From assembly GCF_032062105.1 (NCBI RefSeq), contig NW_026930741.1, forward strand, positions 62,001 to 126,000: DNA of 64,000 bases, read 5' to 3'. Positions 11,701-23,123 of this stretch are shown here, one piece after another (position 1 is the stretch's first letter; the number at the start of each line of letters is the position of its first letter). Source of the stretch: Saccostrea cucullata. Lineage: Eukaryota. The position numbers and the translations under genes are program-made. Below the pieces are notes generated by a model, which was given only the letters and a program-made list of their open reading frames with translations, did not search any database and was not told the DNA's origin.

Positions 11701-14700
11701 ACTTGTAACCAGAAGTTCTTCTGCGTTCCGTTGTGCCTCTTTCCTCGATAATTTCTTTTCACTCAGACAAACCGAGGGATTTCTTAGAGGGACATCAGCA
11801 CAACACCTCTGAGATCCGTAAAGACCATCAGTAAAAATGCATTTTGGGTCACATGAACAATCACTTTCGAAAGAAGAAAACAGGTTTGGAATACCATAGT
11901 TTCCACAAGTGTTCATGTTACCTTCTAGAGAAATTCTTTTGAATACAAGGTTTGTTATGTTTGGAGACTGGGTAACTGCATCTTTTGTGGTTTCGTTAGA
12001 CCTCTCCTTAAAATCCGCTTGCTCACCATTGATTTTAGTTTGGAAGAAGTCCTCATCAAAGTTAAAAATGTTTATTTCATAATGAAAGGTTGTAGATACT
12101 TCGGTATTTGTAATATCACCAATTTTTGTCTTTATTTCTGCGTCGACATCAAGAAAATTTGACTTGAATCGTACAGGTTTATTGCATGAAAAACAGAATA
12201 CATTTTTATACGGAATTGAACCCGGGTTAGTGTCATTGCTTAGACATGCTCCTTCATGTGTTGGATCGTATTCATCCCACTTACCTGTGACATTACATCG
12301 ACCAATCACATTCTCTGTATAGATAGGAGGGTTGCAGATTTTGCAGAACATGTTTTTATACATCTTGTCCTTATTGATATACCTTGATTCGCAACCTCTT
12401 TTAATATCGTAGTCAAATGTTTTCCAGCTTCCGGTTTTATTGCAAGAGTCAAAGTGCACTTGTACTTGCATATCTTGTGTACACTTGTAGTTGATCTCTT
12501 CTTGCGGAGGATATGACAATATGTTACACCGATTCATTTTCCCCTTTTCTATCAATTCTTCGTACGAAGAAAAGAAGTTTATGTCTAAGAACTCGTCACA
12601 GACAATACTTAATGGCCAGGGATCGTACTGGAAATCATTATTGCAGTCAGCACAGTAACGGTTAAGGTACGCCAGGGGGGTGTTCTGACTGGTCACAGGA
12701 GGAAAGAGAATTTTCTCGGTAGAACTCGAATCACCTTCACATTTCCGTTTTGTCTCTTCGACTGTAGTTTTGGGACAGGAATCGACCACAAGAAAGGTAG
12801 AACTTCCGTCGTAGTATAATGATTCATTTAGAATGGCAGCAGATGTGCAGATAGGCTCTGGATAGGAGAAGTACAAATCCGGACAACAGTTGCAATCTGA
12901 CCAGCATTTTTTTTGACAGGAACATGGCGGACAGTTGTGCTGGATATTATCAGCTTGTGTTGTCCATGGAAAGAGAAAATCATGCATAAAGCAAAAGTGA
13001 CTTCGGCCACACAACGTAAAGTATTGCTGAAGAAGGTTCCTGATATTCCAGTCTGATGATGCACCCACTTTAAAGGTTGAAAGTAAAATTATGAACATAA
13101 TTGAAATATTGTAGTCCATGTTGATTGAATGCTAGCAGCTAATATTTTCAGTGAAACTCCGTGAATCTCTTTATTTATAAATATTTTTTTCAAATTGCCT
13201 TACAATTTACAAAGTGTTTCTTATGTTTCTTTTTCAATGGAGTCTTTATTAACTATGAATAAACAAGTGAAGAAGAAAAAGAACGTAAATTGTCTATTAA
13301 ATTGCGTTTTTCCTGTGTATTAATCGTGTGATTATTCAGGCAGCTATACTTTATTTTATAAACAAAGACTTTAGTATTTTTAATATTTAAAAGACCCGAT
13401 ATATATATGGTTAATGTATGAAGGTTTCTTTTTTAAAACTTGTATGAAATATTGACATTTTTGCGAATTTAACTTCAATTTTTGTTTATTGTCCTTTTAA
13501 AAATTCTTTAAGGAGATTGCATGGTTAATAAATTAGCCACTGCATTGACCTGGTTCTTTAACTATTAAGTATTTAAAAGCATGCAAATTTTTCTTCAAAA
13601 TAAATAAAATATAGGAAGACTAAAAATTATTAATCAATTTATAAGTAGAAATATTTAATATTAATTGATTGATTTTATAGTGTTTTTACCTGCCTTTCGA
13701 AAATTTGTTTCACTCATATAGAGGAATACGGGTTAAGGGCTTCATTAAGACCTATATAAGGCAGTCAGTGCCATTGAACAGTTAACAAAGGAAAGCTTAC
13801 TACCTATGTTAACGTCATAGGTTTGACGCGGTGCGGCCGAAGGCAGTCCGAGCACGGGTCTCCTGATCATGAAGGAGTCATTTGGTTAGTTCAGAGGTTT
13901 TTTATTCTATCTTTAATGGCTGGATAACCGACCGATCATATAGAGAAGGGTTTCCTCTCTAAACCCTCCTCCCGCCGCCCGAACATGTGTTCTAGTGTAG
14001 GATTCCTCTTACGCAAAACTTACTCTAAGATGTTCCTAAAGATATCAAACAATGAGTAAAATTATCCTAGTGAGTGGTTCTTCCTATATCCCAAGTAATT
14101 AAAAAAATGGTAGCTATGTTTAGATCAAACTGAGGGGGTTCGTATTAGCTTTACAAAAAGGTTTATTTTCGTATAGCTTAAAGAACTTTGCTTTGTGTAT
14201 TTTAATTTTTCATGCTGATATATATTTATCTATATTTCAGTATCTTGCAGTATGTTTGATTGATTAAATATACCCTTTAATTGAGGTCTTTGAACAGTAC
14301 GTCAAAGATAAAGGAATTTGTGTTTCTTTCAGATTTACTAATCAGGTTTGGCATCCCTCTGTTTTTAGATTTTTTTTCTATTTGCTTGATTTACAGTTTT
14401 CCAATAAGGAGACATATCATTATATGTTTGCTTTTATCTAATTTCTGAGTGTCACAAGGGCCACAATCTTTCAAAAAGATTGTGACACAAAAAGGTACGA
14501 TAATCGATACCTACAAACAATGTTATCAAAGTAGGTTGACATCTCTTTGGTGTTGGAGCCGAAACATTGACTCGGACGAAGAACTTCCTCCTTCGCCCAA
14601 AAATATAATCCCTTAGCAACCTACGAACTTATGCGAGATAGTGTGAAATCAAGGAAGATATCTTCTGGCCATGATGGCGACGTGTTCGTTTTTGCTTTAC

Positions 14701-14705
14701 TGTGG
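8745..14705. repeat. Segmental duplication copy A (intact GPCR, upstream region, stub of LLT-gene exon 1)
   Basis: Aligns by eye to 17270-25135, e.g. 13800-13880 vs 23830-23900, 13920-14130 vs 24330-24565, 14230-14700 vs 24670-25130. Confidence 0.85.
9166..13119 (-). CDS. Class B (secretin/adhesion/Methuselah-like) GPCR with large Cys-rich SMB-like ectodomain; two exons, 13119-10840 and 10719-9166 (~1277 aa)
   Basis: Hydrophobic signal peptide MDYNISIMFIILLSTFKVGAS. SMB-like CPPCSCQKKCWSDCNCCPD and CSCDPKC..RCCAD, plus repeated CNxTGxW...YKNxxCxxCN modules. In-frame phase-0 intron 10839-10720 (ATG|gtattt ... ttttag|GGA). 7TM with class B hallmarks ELRTLPG, THYLWLSSFFSM, GYG..KCFI, LTITGATWL, INSLQGVFIFIAF. 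No GPS motif seen. Confidence 0.9.
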
Positions 14706-14900
14706 GTGGCTTAACTAGAGATTATAGCCGTAGAACGCTGACAGAAATGAAAGTAAAAAACTTTATTTTAGGGGAAACTTGTTTCTTCAAAGGTCTAAGA
14801 ATTTCTTTACTTTTAACATTACTTACTAAAATATCCAAAAAACAAACTTCGAAAGCGTTTTGTTAGGCTTGGAAAACAAGATAGAATTAAGCTATTCGAC

Positions 14901-15364
14901 CTTCATCACCTGCGTACGGAGTGTATATATCTCAGTTTATTTGATAGGCAAGAGCATGATCTACGTATGAACAATTTCTAAAACGAGGTAAATTATTGAC
15001 AAGCAAGTTGATGAAACAAGAATATCAACAGTCTAGTTTAAAGTCATCATTTCGTAAGTTCTATGGTCGATACAATGACCTTGTCAGCAAATACAATTTA
15101 TAATTGAGTCAAATGCTGACTTACTTTTTTCATACCAATTGTTAGTCCACTATTTATACACTGAATTGACGACGGATTTTTCTGTTATTTCCTGTTCATG
15201 TCAAGGAGCACACGGCGGGTGTGACCGGTCAGCAGGGGATGCTCACTCCTCCATGGCACCTGATTCCACCTCTGATGTTTCGGAGGTCCGTGTATGCTCT
15301 GCTCTTATTTTGTATTGTTTTATGGACTTTGAAATTGAATACTGTTCGTTATCTTCATATCCTT
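14901..15364 (+). mobile_element. Shorter copy of the same Penelope-like element
   Basis: Highly similar to ~55862-56316. Confidence 0.8.
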
Positions 15365-16099
15365 CATTTATCAAAAGTTTAACTGTTAAGAAAAGCTGCT
15401 GAACTAGAACGTGCATTTGATTTTTTTGAAGATGATTTTTGTTTGCCCCTGTCGAGCGGTCACATCGGCCCTTTGTCCATTGTATTCATCTTGACAACAT
15501 TCAGTGACACTTATGCTTTTTAAATCTTTGTATAATTCATCGCATGCAATGCTTTAAACTCTTTGTGTATTGTACGATCATAGATATTCTCATCTATTTA
15601 TGACAACTTTAGATAAAAAAAGTGTTTTTTTAACAAAATATTTTTTTGTTACATAACTTGAGTGGAAGATATACTACAAATTATTCTAGGTTAAGTTAAT
15701 AAAGGACACTTTAAACATCAAAGTGGCTTCGTTGATAAATGTTGATTTTCGCTGCCTTACAGAATATACATTATTATAATTATTTTTTATCATACAATAT
15801 CTGTTTTAACAGATTTATCGGAAGAAAAGCATTAAACATATTATGATAGAAACACAAGAAAATGACCTCGATGAGCTTAATTTTACCTTTATTTTAACAA
15901 TTGAAGCATGCTCTCACATACCTCCAGGCTATGTCCAGTGCACGATGTTTCTTTTCCGATATTGTCGACATCGCTGTAAAAATACCAGTTCTCCTACTAT
16001 CATTACATATTCAACATGACAATGCTGGATAATACCTTTGTTTATCTCTCTATATATTACATTGTTTGACGATATTGAGTCCAAATCTTGTTAAAATTG

Positions 16100-16815
16100 C
16101 CTTCCCCTTTTCTGTTTTTTACATCGCTCACTTCGTCGACATCGCAATGTAGATTGACATCAAGTCGACATCGTGTCAACATTGCCTTTTTATTTTTCTT
16201 GTTTACATCGTTAACATCGTCGACATCGCAATGTTGGTTGATATCGAGTCGGTATAGTGTCTACACATCCTTCTTATTTTTCTTGTTTACATCGTTCACA
16301 TCGTCAACATTGCAATGTTGGTCGATATCAAGTCGACATCATGTCAACATTGCCTTCTTATTTTTCTTGCCTACATAGCGATGTGAACGTCGACGATGTC
16401 GACATGTAGAAACAATAACAATGTCGACGATGTATACGCGATATCGTTTCAACATTTTTTACATTGCGATGTCGACGATGTCGATATACAATATAAAAAT
16501 ATTTACAATTTAGACGATATAGAAGAATATCGTTTCAACATTGTTTACATTGCGATTTCGACATCGTCGACATCGCAATGTAAAAATAATTACGATGTAG
16601 ACTATGTAAACGCGATATTGTATCAACATTGCTTACATTTCAATGTCGACGTTGACGATGTCGTCATGTAGAAACAATAACAGTGTAGACGATGTTAACG
16701 CGATATTGCATCAACATTGTTTACATTGCAATGTCTTCATAATGAATGAAAACAATGTAGATAATTTAATCACAATATCGTGTCAACATTGTCATCATTG
16801 CGATGTCGACAATAT
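16100..16815. repeat. CpG-rich degenerate tandem arrays: 84-bp units at 16121, 16205, 16289, then a related array in opposite orientation
   Basis: Recurrent ACATCGTCGACATCGCAATGT in the left array and its reverse complement ACATTGCGATGTCGACGATGT in the right array. Confidence 0.75.
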
Positions 16816-16849
16816 CGAATTGATAACGTGAACTGGACATGAATTGGTA

Positions 16850-17230
16850 GGGCGGGCCCAATAGCAAATCTAAGTTTTTCGTTGAAATACATGTATATTG
16901 GAAAAATTTTCTTCTCCATAAGCTTTGGACCGTAAAAGCTGAAACTTATGTAGAAGCATAATGGGGTAGTGTAGATTCTAACTTATTTAATGACCCCTAT
17001 GGGTAGGGCGGGGCTGCAATGGGGAATCTAAGTTTTACCTTGAAATATATAGGAGAAATATTTTTCTAAAGAACAGCTTGCCTGGGGTAGTGCAGATTCT
17101 GAATTATATCAAAACATGACCCCTGGGGTAGGACGGTGTCACAATAGGTATTACAAGAGGGAAAGTCAGATGAAAAACAGCAGGTCCTAAGTTACTCAGG
17201 TTAGGGTTGCTACCTATGAGCCTCTTGTTA
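16850..17230 (+). mobile_element. 3' fragment of a related Helentron/HINE element
   Basis: Same satellite motifs (gaaacttatgtagaagcat..gtagtgtagattc..atgacccct) and the terminal actcaggttag..gagcctcttgtt. Further fragments at ~6748-7030, ~31330-31550 and ~52810-54250. Confidence 0.7.
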
Positions 17231-17542
17231 TAATTTATATCAGGAAGTAACTGAATTCTTATCAGTAGCACATTTATATCTATTGTTGATTTTCATACAT
17301 GTACGTACCTATAACGAAAGGAGGGGGTTGTTTTCTGGATTTAAAAAAAGGGGAATAGATAATTATTTTATTTTCCCTACAAATATACAAATTTGAAATT
17401 TGAAATTAACTCCCCAGAGCAGTTTAGTTTTTAATTTTGTCTGACGTTAGATAATATTACATTTCTCAGCTAGAACTTAACATTGTCATCATTGCTCAGA
17501 CACACTGGTCCTTAAAACACTGGATTAAAATAAAGAGGCACT

Positions 17543-18878
17543 GAGGCTCCTCCATAAGGCCTAGTAGTTAGACTTAGTATGAGGCTCCTCCATAAGGCCT
17601 AGCAGTTAGACTTAGTATTAGGCTCCTCCATAAGGCCTAATAGTTAGACTTAGTATGAGGCTCCTCCATAATGCCTAGTAGTTAGACTTAGTATTAGGCT
17701 CCTCCATAAGGCCTAATAGTTAGACTTAGTATGAGGCTCCTCCATAAGGCCTAATAGTTAGACTTAGTATGAGGCTCCTCCATAAGGCCTAGTAGTTAGA
17801 CTTAGTATGAGTCTCCTCCATAAGGCCTAGTAGTTAGACTTAGTATGAGGCTCCTCCATAAGGCCTAATAGTTAGACTTAGTATGAGGCTCCTCCATAAG
17901 GCCTAGTAGTTAGACTTAGTATGAGGCTCCTCCATAAAGCCTAATAGTTAGACTTAGTATGAGGCTCCTCCATAAGGCCTAGTAGTTAGACTTAGTATGA
18001 GTCTCCTCCATAAGGCCTAGTAGTTAGACTTAGTATGAGGCTCCTCCATAAGGCCTAATAGTTAGACTTAGTATGAGATTCTGAATTATATCAAAACAAC
18101 CCCTGGGGTTCACAATAGGATCCTCCATAAGGCCTAGTAGTTAGACTTAGTATGAGGCTCCTCCATAAGGCCTAATAGTTAGACTTAGTATTAGGCTCCT
18201 CCATAAGGCCTAGTAGTTAGACTTAGTATGAGGCTCCTCCATAAGGCCTAGTAGTTAGACTTAGTATGAGGCTCCTCCATAAGGCCTAGCAGTTAGACTT
18301 AGTATGAGGCTCCTCCATAAGGCCTAGTAGTAAGACTTAGTATTAGGCTCCTCCATAAGGCCTAGTAGTTAGACTTAGTATGAGGCTCCTCCATAAGGCC
18401 TAGTAGTTAGACTATATATATCAGGCTCCTCCATAAGGCCTAGCAGTTGGACTTAGTATGAGGCTCCTCCATAAGGCCTAGTAGTTAGACTTAGTATGAG
18501 GCTCCTCCATAAGGCCTAGTAGTTAGACTTAGTATGAGGCTCCTCCATAAGGCCTAATAGTTAGACTTAGTATTAGGCTCCTCCATAAGGCCTAGCAGTT
18601 AGACTTAGTATGAGGCTCCTCCATAAGGCCTAGTAGTTAGACTTAGTATGAGGCTCCTCCATAAGGCCTAGTAGTTAGACTTAGTATGAGGCTCCTCCAT
18701 AAGGCCTAGTAGTTAGACTTAGTATGAGGCTCCTCCATAAGGCCTAGTAGTTAGACTTAGTATTAGGCTCCTCCATAAGGCCTAGTAGTTAGACTTAGTA
18801 TGAGGCTCCTCCATAAGGCCTAGTAGTTAGAATTAGTATTAGGCTCTTCCATGAGGCCATTTAGTAAGACTTAGTATT
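17543..18878. repeat. 38-bp minisatellite, ~34 near-identical units (GAGGCTCCTCCATAAGGCCTAGTAGTTAGACTTAGTAT)
   Basis: Head-to-tail copies with no spacers, one ~44-bp interruption at 18077-18120. Confidence 0.97.
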
Positions 18879-18938
18879 AGGATGCTACTATGGTTTATAT
18901 GTACAGTGTATTCTAAACTGATTGGAAGAAGAAACTCC

Positions 18939-19110
18939 ATGAATGCGCAGTATAAATAAAGCAGTGAATAGTCATGTGTCACACTGAAGTTCTGGATTTG
19001 ATGAGCGATTTTCGGTAATTTCGGTAACACGTGTTGTGGAACCCTCTTTCTTCCAACGTCGTAAAATTAATCTTTGATATATTTTCAGAGATTTTCAACT
19101 GCACATAAAA
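18939..19110 (-). repeat. Diverged extra copy of the GPCR 3' coding end and 3' flank
   Basis: 18939-19110 is a ~180-bp direct repeat of 19120-19290 (gaatgcgcagtataaataaagca...cgtcgtaaaattaat...actgcacat). Confidence 0.85.
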
Positions 19111-19169
19111 ATTAACTTTATGAATGCGCAGTATAAATAAAGCACTGAATAGTCATTTGTCACACTGAA

Positions 19170-22100
19170 GTACTGGATTTGATGAGCGTTTTATCGGTAC
19201 TTTTGGTAACATGCGTTGTGGAACCTTTTTTTCCGACGTCGTAAAATTAATTTTTGATATAATTGAAGCGTTCTCCTACTGCACATGAATGCAATGAAAA
19301 TAGATACACCTTGTAGACTGTTAATTGCGCTAACTACAGGGGAGAACGTCGAATCTTCTAGAAAGCCGGCCAGAATCTGTAACAACCATGTTGCTCCGGT
19401 TATTGTGAGTAAGCGTGCAAATATGGAGAACTCATTTGTCTTTGCTTTATTCTTGCGGACTTTGGGAGATCGAATTATTGTGCACAAGGTTTTAATAAAG
19501 AAAACTAAGTTCTCTATACACAGCAGCCCAACAGGAATGAGCTATACACAGCAGCCCAACAGGAATGAGGAAAAATGCTATCAGGTACAGGCTTTCATCT
19601 ATAAAGCATTTTACTTTTCCGTATCCGATATAGCTTTGTTTTGCCATCGTCACTGCTATGTTGCTTAAAACCACCACCAGTGGAGTAACAAAGATATGAG
19701 TAGAATATTTACCTAAGATACACCATTTGTTAGTTTGGTTGACCAGAGCAACTTTTGAGTGAAAAACCCGATACAAATGAAAGCTACATATGTTCATAGA
19801 GAAGAATGAGGTCAGCCACAGGTAGTGGGTAATTATGCTGTAAACTACACATCCTGTAGTATTGATCTCCCTCCCGCTACCAGTAAGGATGAAAACGTCT
19901 GTCGTGAGCAAAACGGCAATGAGAATCATAATAGTTCCTCCTGGCAATGTCCGAAGCTCCTGGAATATACAGTAGGTGCAAAACGTATTAAAAAGAAAAA
20001 TTCTGGATAAAGTCAGTAAGGTAAAGTCTGTGATGGAATACTGTGAGATTTTCTTCAAATTAGGTTTGTAAGTCGTTCTTGTGTCATCGTGAATCTGACG
20101 CAACATAGAGACACATACTCGTGCAGTGCCTTCGGGCAAAATGTCAAAATCATCAGCATCTAAAGTCATGTTGTTCATTTTTAGAAGCATATAAGTATTT
20201 TTTTCAGTTTCATAAATTTCCAATTCTTGTGGATTAAACTCAATTTGAGTGCAAACTAAAATGTTGCTAACTCGAACTTCAGTCCAAGCGTAAGATCCAT
20301 CATCATAGTTAAAGGAACAAGACCAGTTAGATTCATCGGAAGGAACATTTGAAATCAGGGTAAATCCAGGAATGCTAAAGTTGTATTTGATATTCAAGAG
20401 ATTTAATTCTCTTTAAGTCTCTGGACTGGATTTTCAAAAAATAATTTGAAACTCAAATGCAATTGAAAATAATTCTCCAGAAAAATTCCTTGTTTACAAG
20501 GTATATCAATGTTCGTTATTAGTTCTCTCACAGATCTTTATCCAAAAAGAGATTGCAGTTTGGAAAATGTAAATCGGTGAATATGTGTCAAAATATCCCC
20601 TAAAGAAGCGTTATACTGAGTAGAGCAGTTGAAATAGGCATCCAAGTTGTACCGGAGATTTCGTGCTTCTCTAAATAGTGGCACACAAGATTTACCTAAA
20701 TTCAAAGTTTTTCCCGGGATAACATGTGACGTTTCTGCAGCCTCCCAAAAAACAGAAAATGTAAACGCTTTCATGATAAATTTAGAAACAAATTATTGCA
20801 CCCGTGCATAAACAAAGCAAAAATTGACTGTTGAGATAGAATACAGAAATACAAATATCATCATTGAGTAAAAGTTCTGTGCTTCCGTACATTGACCATC
20901 ACTGGCTGCTCCAGAGCTGAAATTGTCACTCGGATATTTATATAATATTTTAAGGATTTCACGACAAGTCTTGACGGTGAGAAGTCTTATTCTATAAGTG
21001 GTTCGAGGATTGGATCTGTGGATTCTTTGCGATAGCAAACTTCGTGAAAGTGTCTTCTAGGAGGTCCATATGTGCAAAATTTACAAAAGATATTCTTGTA
21101 AGGATATAGAAAATAAATTTGGGGGGAAAAGTTGCACATCTTTACGTGGATTTTACTGGAATGATACAAACATCTATCTACAAAGGTATCAGACCATTCT
21201 TGGGGGCTATATAACGCACAATAAACATTTTTATACTTTTTCGTTTGACCATTGACATTTTCGTGCCACAAAGGTAAGGAACCAGGTGGTATCAATTCAC
21301 ATGCCCAGATAATATCCGGATCTTTATGTGGCCAGTTTCCTGTTTTATTACATTTGTCTATTATGTTGTCAGATTTCCGGAAACACGTTTTACTTTTGCT
21401 ATTTTGACAAGAAGTCACTGAACGAGGAGGGTGATAGTATGTATCACAGCCTGCAGCTCGTAATGCTTTTAGAAAATCCGAAAAAAGTAGAAAATTTGTT
21501 TTGTCTATATAAACAGAGCAATTCGCTTTAATATCCCATGGTTTGTGTCTTGCTACTTTCGTTGATGAAGACTGTTTGCATAGTAAACAATACATATTCA
21601 GATACGGAATATCAGTTGATGGATCCGTGACAGGGTGCATTGAAAAAATATCTTCAAATTGTTGATGACATCCTCTTACAATAAATTCTGGAAATTCTTT
21701 ACTTCCATAGAACCGGCTTGTAACCAGAAGTTCTTCTGCGTTCCTTTGTGCGTCTTTCCTCGATTATTTGTTTTCACTCAGGCAAACTGAAGGGTAGTTC
21801 AGAGCAACATCAGCACAACAGCTCTGAGACCTGGAAAGACCATCAGTAAAATGCATTTTGGGTCACAAGAACAATAACTTTCGAATGAAGACAACGAAAA
21901 CAGGCTTGGAATGCTAGACTTTCCATAGGTGTTTACGTTTCCTTCTAGAGAAATCATTTTAGATAAAAGGTTACTTATGTTTCGAGACTGGGTAACTGCA
22001 TCTCTCGCGGTTTTGTTAGTCCCATTGCTCACCAGTGATTTTAGTTAAAAAGAAGTCCTCATCAAAATCACAATACTAATGTCAGAATAAAAAGTTGTAG

Positions 22101-23123
22101 TCCTTCCGGTATCTTTAATATCATCAATTTTTGTCTTAATTTCCGCGCTGACATCAAGAAAATTGGAATTGAATTGTGATGGTTTATTGCACGATAAACA
22201 AAATACATTTTTGTACGGAAGTGAACCTTGGTTGGCGTCATTATTTAGACATGCTCTCTCCTGTGTTGGATTATAGTCATCATACATACCTGTGACATTA
22301 CATCGACCAATCACATTCTCTGTATAGATAGGAGGGTTGCAGATTTTACAGAACATGTTTTTATACATCTTGTCATTATTGATATACCTTGATTCGCAGC
22401 TTCGTTTTATATGGGAGTCAAATATTTTCCAGCTTCCGGTTTTATTACAAGAGTCAAAGTACACTTTTTCTTGCATACCTTGTGTACAATTGTAGTTGAT
22501 CTTTTCTTGCGGAGGATATGACAATATGATACATCGATTCTTTTTCCCTTTTTCAATCAATTCATCATAGGAAGAAAAGAAGTTGATGTCTAAGAACTCA
22601 TCACAGACAATATTCAAAGGCCAGGGATCGTAACTGAATTCAAAATTGCAGTCAGTGCAGTAACGGTTTAGGTAGGCCAGGGAGGAGGTTTGCCTGGTCA
22701 CTGGAGGATAGAGAATTTTCTCAATGGAACTCAAATCCCCTTCACATTTCCGTTTTGTTTCCTCGACTGTATTTTTCGGGCAGGAATCGATCATAAGAAA
22801 TGTTGAACTTTCTTTAATGTCTAATGATCTATTAAGAATGGCAGCAGATGTGCAGAATGGCTCTGGATGAGAGAAAATATAAATCCGGGCAACAGTTGCG
22901 ATCTGACCAGCATTTCTTTTGACAGGAACATGGCGGACCGCTATGCGTGATATCATCAGCTTGTGTTGTCCAAGGAAAGATAAAATCATGCATAAAGCAA
23001 AAGTGACTTGGGCCTTACAACGTAAAGTACTGCTGAAGAAGGTTTCCGATATTCCAGTCCGAATACCAATTCTTTAGAGGTTGAAATTAAAATGAGAAAC
23101 AAAACTGAAATATTGTGTTCCAT
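19170..23123 (-). pseudogene. Pseudogenised paralogue of the 9166-13119 GPCR
   Basis: Collinear with the intact gene from ATG at 23123 but broken into at least 7 ORF fragments. Donor GT changed to AT (~20858), acceptor AG lost (~20747), 28-bp frameshifting duplication at ~19514-19569, and several 1-bp indels. Confidence 0.85.

Noticed and set aside
9166-13119. Two separate genes (765-aa and 497-aa ORFs), or a specific adhesion GPCR symbol
   Set aside because: A 120-bp in-frame GT-AG intron joins them, and there is no GPS motif or orthology evidence for a symbol.
15139-15402. MAPDxTSDV ORFs (also at 56205 and 60125) as a small gene family
   Set aside because: They overlap the non-coding 3' end of the Penelope-like element, and frames are not conserved between copies.
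16088-16831. ORFs with repetitive D/N/S-rich peptides
   Set aside because: Translations of tandem repeats, with no splice or homology support.
17543-18878. CRISPR-like array
   Set aside because: Units are contiguous with no unique spacers, no cas genes are present, the context is eukaryotic, and the unit derives from the GPCR 3' flank.
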